Assembly: GCF_964355755.1 (NCBI RefSeq)
Contig: NC_092672.1
Coordinates: 27,844,437 to 27,908,436, forward strand
Length of the DNA: 64,000 nucleotides
Reading direction: 5' to 3'
From: Antedon mediterranea
Taxonomy: Eukaryota > Animalia > Echinodermata
Shown here: one piece after another, positions 62,972 to 64,000 of the stretch
Numbering within the stretch: position 1 is the first letter of the stretch
Layout of the letters: every line of letters begins with the position of its first letter
Translations under genes and position numbers: made by a program
Notes under the pieces: generated by a model
Told to the model about the DNA's origin: nothing
Databases searched by the model: none
The model's input: only the letters and a program-made list of their open reading frames with translations

Positions 62972-63227
62972 CTGAAAAAAAAGATTGTTTGCATAGCTGA
63001 TGGTACTTTAATTATATAGTTGAAATACATAGATACCCATGTTATGTGTATAATATGCACATGTCAATCCCCGATTTCAGAATTGTTATGAAGTGATTGG
63101 AAGTTGTAAACTTTACAAATTCCAAAAACTGTATAATTTCAGTAATCATTAACCTCCAACATTATCTCAGGTCATAATATGAGGGATTGGCGAGAACTTT
63201 AAAGCACAAGGATAGGTTTGTTTGATG

Positions 63228-64000
63228 TGTAGCATGTGTTTCATTGCAGCATGCGTCTCATTGTAGCACGCGTCACATTGCAGCACGCGTCACATTGCAG
63301 CAGGCGTCACATTGCACATGCGTCTCATTGCACCATGCGTCTCATTGCAGCATGCGTCTCATTGTAGCATGCGTCTCATTGTAGCATGCGTCTCATTGCA
63401 GCATGCGTCTCATTGCAGCATGCGTCTCATTGCAGCATGCGTCTCATTGCAGCATGCGTCTCATTGCAGCATGCGTCTCATTGCAGCATGCGTCTCATTG
63501 CAGCATGCGTCTCATTGCAGCATGCGTCTCATTGCAGCATGCGTCTCATTGCAGCATGCGTCTCATTGCAGCATGCGTCTCATTGCAGCATGCGTCTCAT
63601 TGCAGCATGCGTCTCATTGCAGCATGCGTCTCATTGCAGCATGCGTCTCATTGCAGCATGCGTCTCATTGCAGCATGCGTCTCATTGCAGCACGCGTCTC
63701 ATTGCAGCACGCGTCTCATTGCAGCACGCGTCTCATTGCAGCATGCGTCTCATTGCAGCATGCGTCACATTGCAGCATGTGTCAAATTGCAGCATGTGTC
63801 ACATTGTAGGATGTGTCTCATTGCAGCATGTGTCAAATTGCAGCATGTGTCACATTGTAGGATGTGTCTCATTGCAGCATGTGTCACATTGCAGCATGTG
63901 TCACATAGCAGCACATGCTCATTGTAGCATGTGTCACATTGCAGCACGTGTCTCATAGTAGCATGTGTCACATTGCAGCACGTGTCACATTGCAGCATGT
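63228..64000. repeat. 17-bp minisatellite (TGCAGCATGCGTCTCAT)n in a perlecan intron
   Basis: More than 40 units, homogeneous in the centre and degenerate at the edges; runs off the window end. Confidence 0.97.

Noticed and set aside
63312-63998. 165-190-aa Cys/His-rich ORFs
   Set aside because: These are translations of a 17-bp minisatellite lacking stop codons in several frames.

Overview
This is an AT-rich animal genomic window, most likely from a marine invertebrate (echinoderm-like; this is inference). Host genes: (i) a complete 7-exon Gfo/Idh/MocA (myo-inositol 2-dehydrogenase-like) gene on the minus strand, 850-6555; (ii) an intronless 959-aa ankyrin-repeat plus Mab-21/cGAS-like nucleotidyltransferase (ANK-cGLR), 10174-13053, with an intact catalytic triad and a perfect NF-kB site 71 bp upstream of its ATG; (iii) a frameshifted NLR-type LRR pseudogene, 21476-24050; (iv) the 3' exons of a perlecan (HSPG2)-like gene on the minus strand, 59540-62971, continuing past the window. 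The last three perlecan exons lie in a ~6.92-kb unit that is tandemly triplicated (29709-61826). The first copy carries a nested insertion: a CCCAG-ended EnSpm/CMC-like element (2-bp TSD) containing an intact Gypsy LTR retrotransposon (298-bp LTRs that look identical, 4-bp TSD, -1 frameshift). That Gypsy has a helix-hairpin-helix domain at the start of Gag and an H3K4me3-reader-type PHD finger at the end of integrase. Also present: a decayed BEL/Pao element interrupted by a virus/Maverick-like insert with palindromic tandem repeats, LINE fragments, several MITEs and a 17-bp minisatellite. The best leads are the PHD/HhH Gypsy and the possibly NF-kB-controlled ANK-cGLR.
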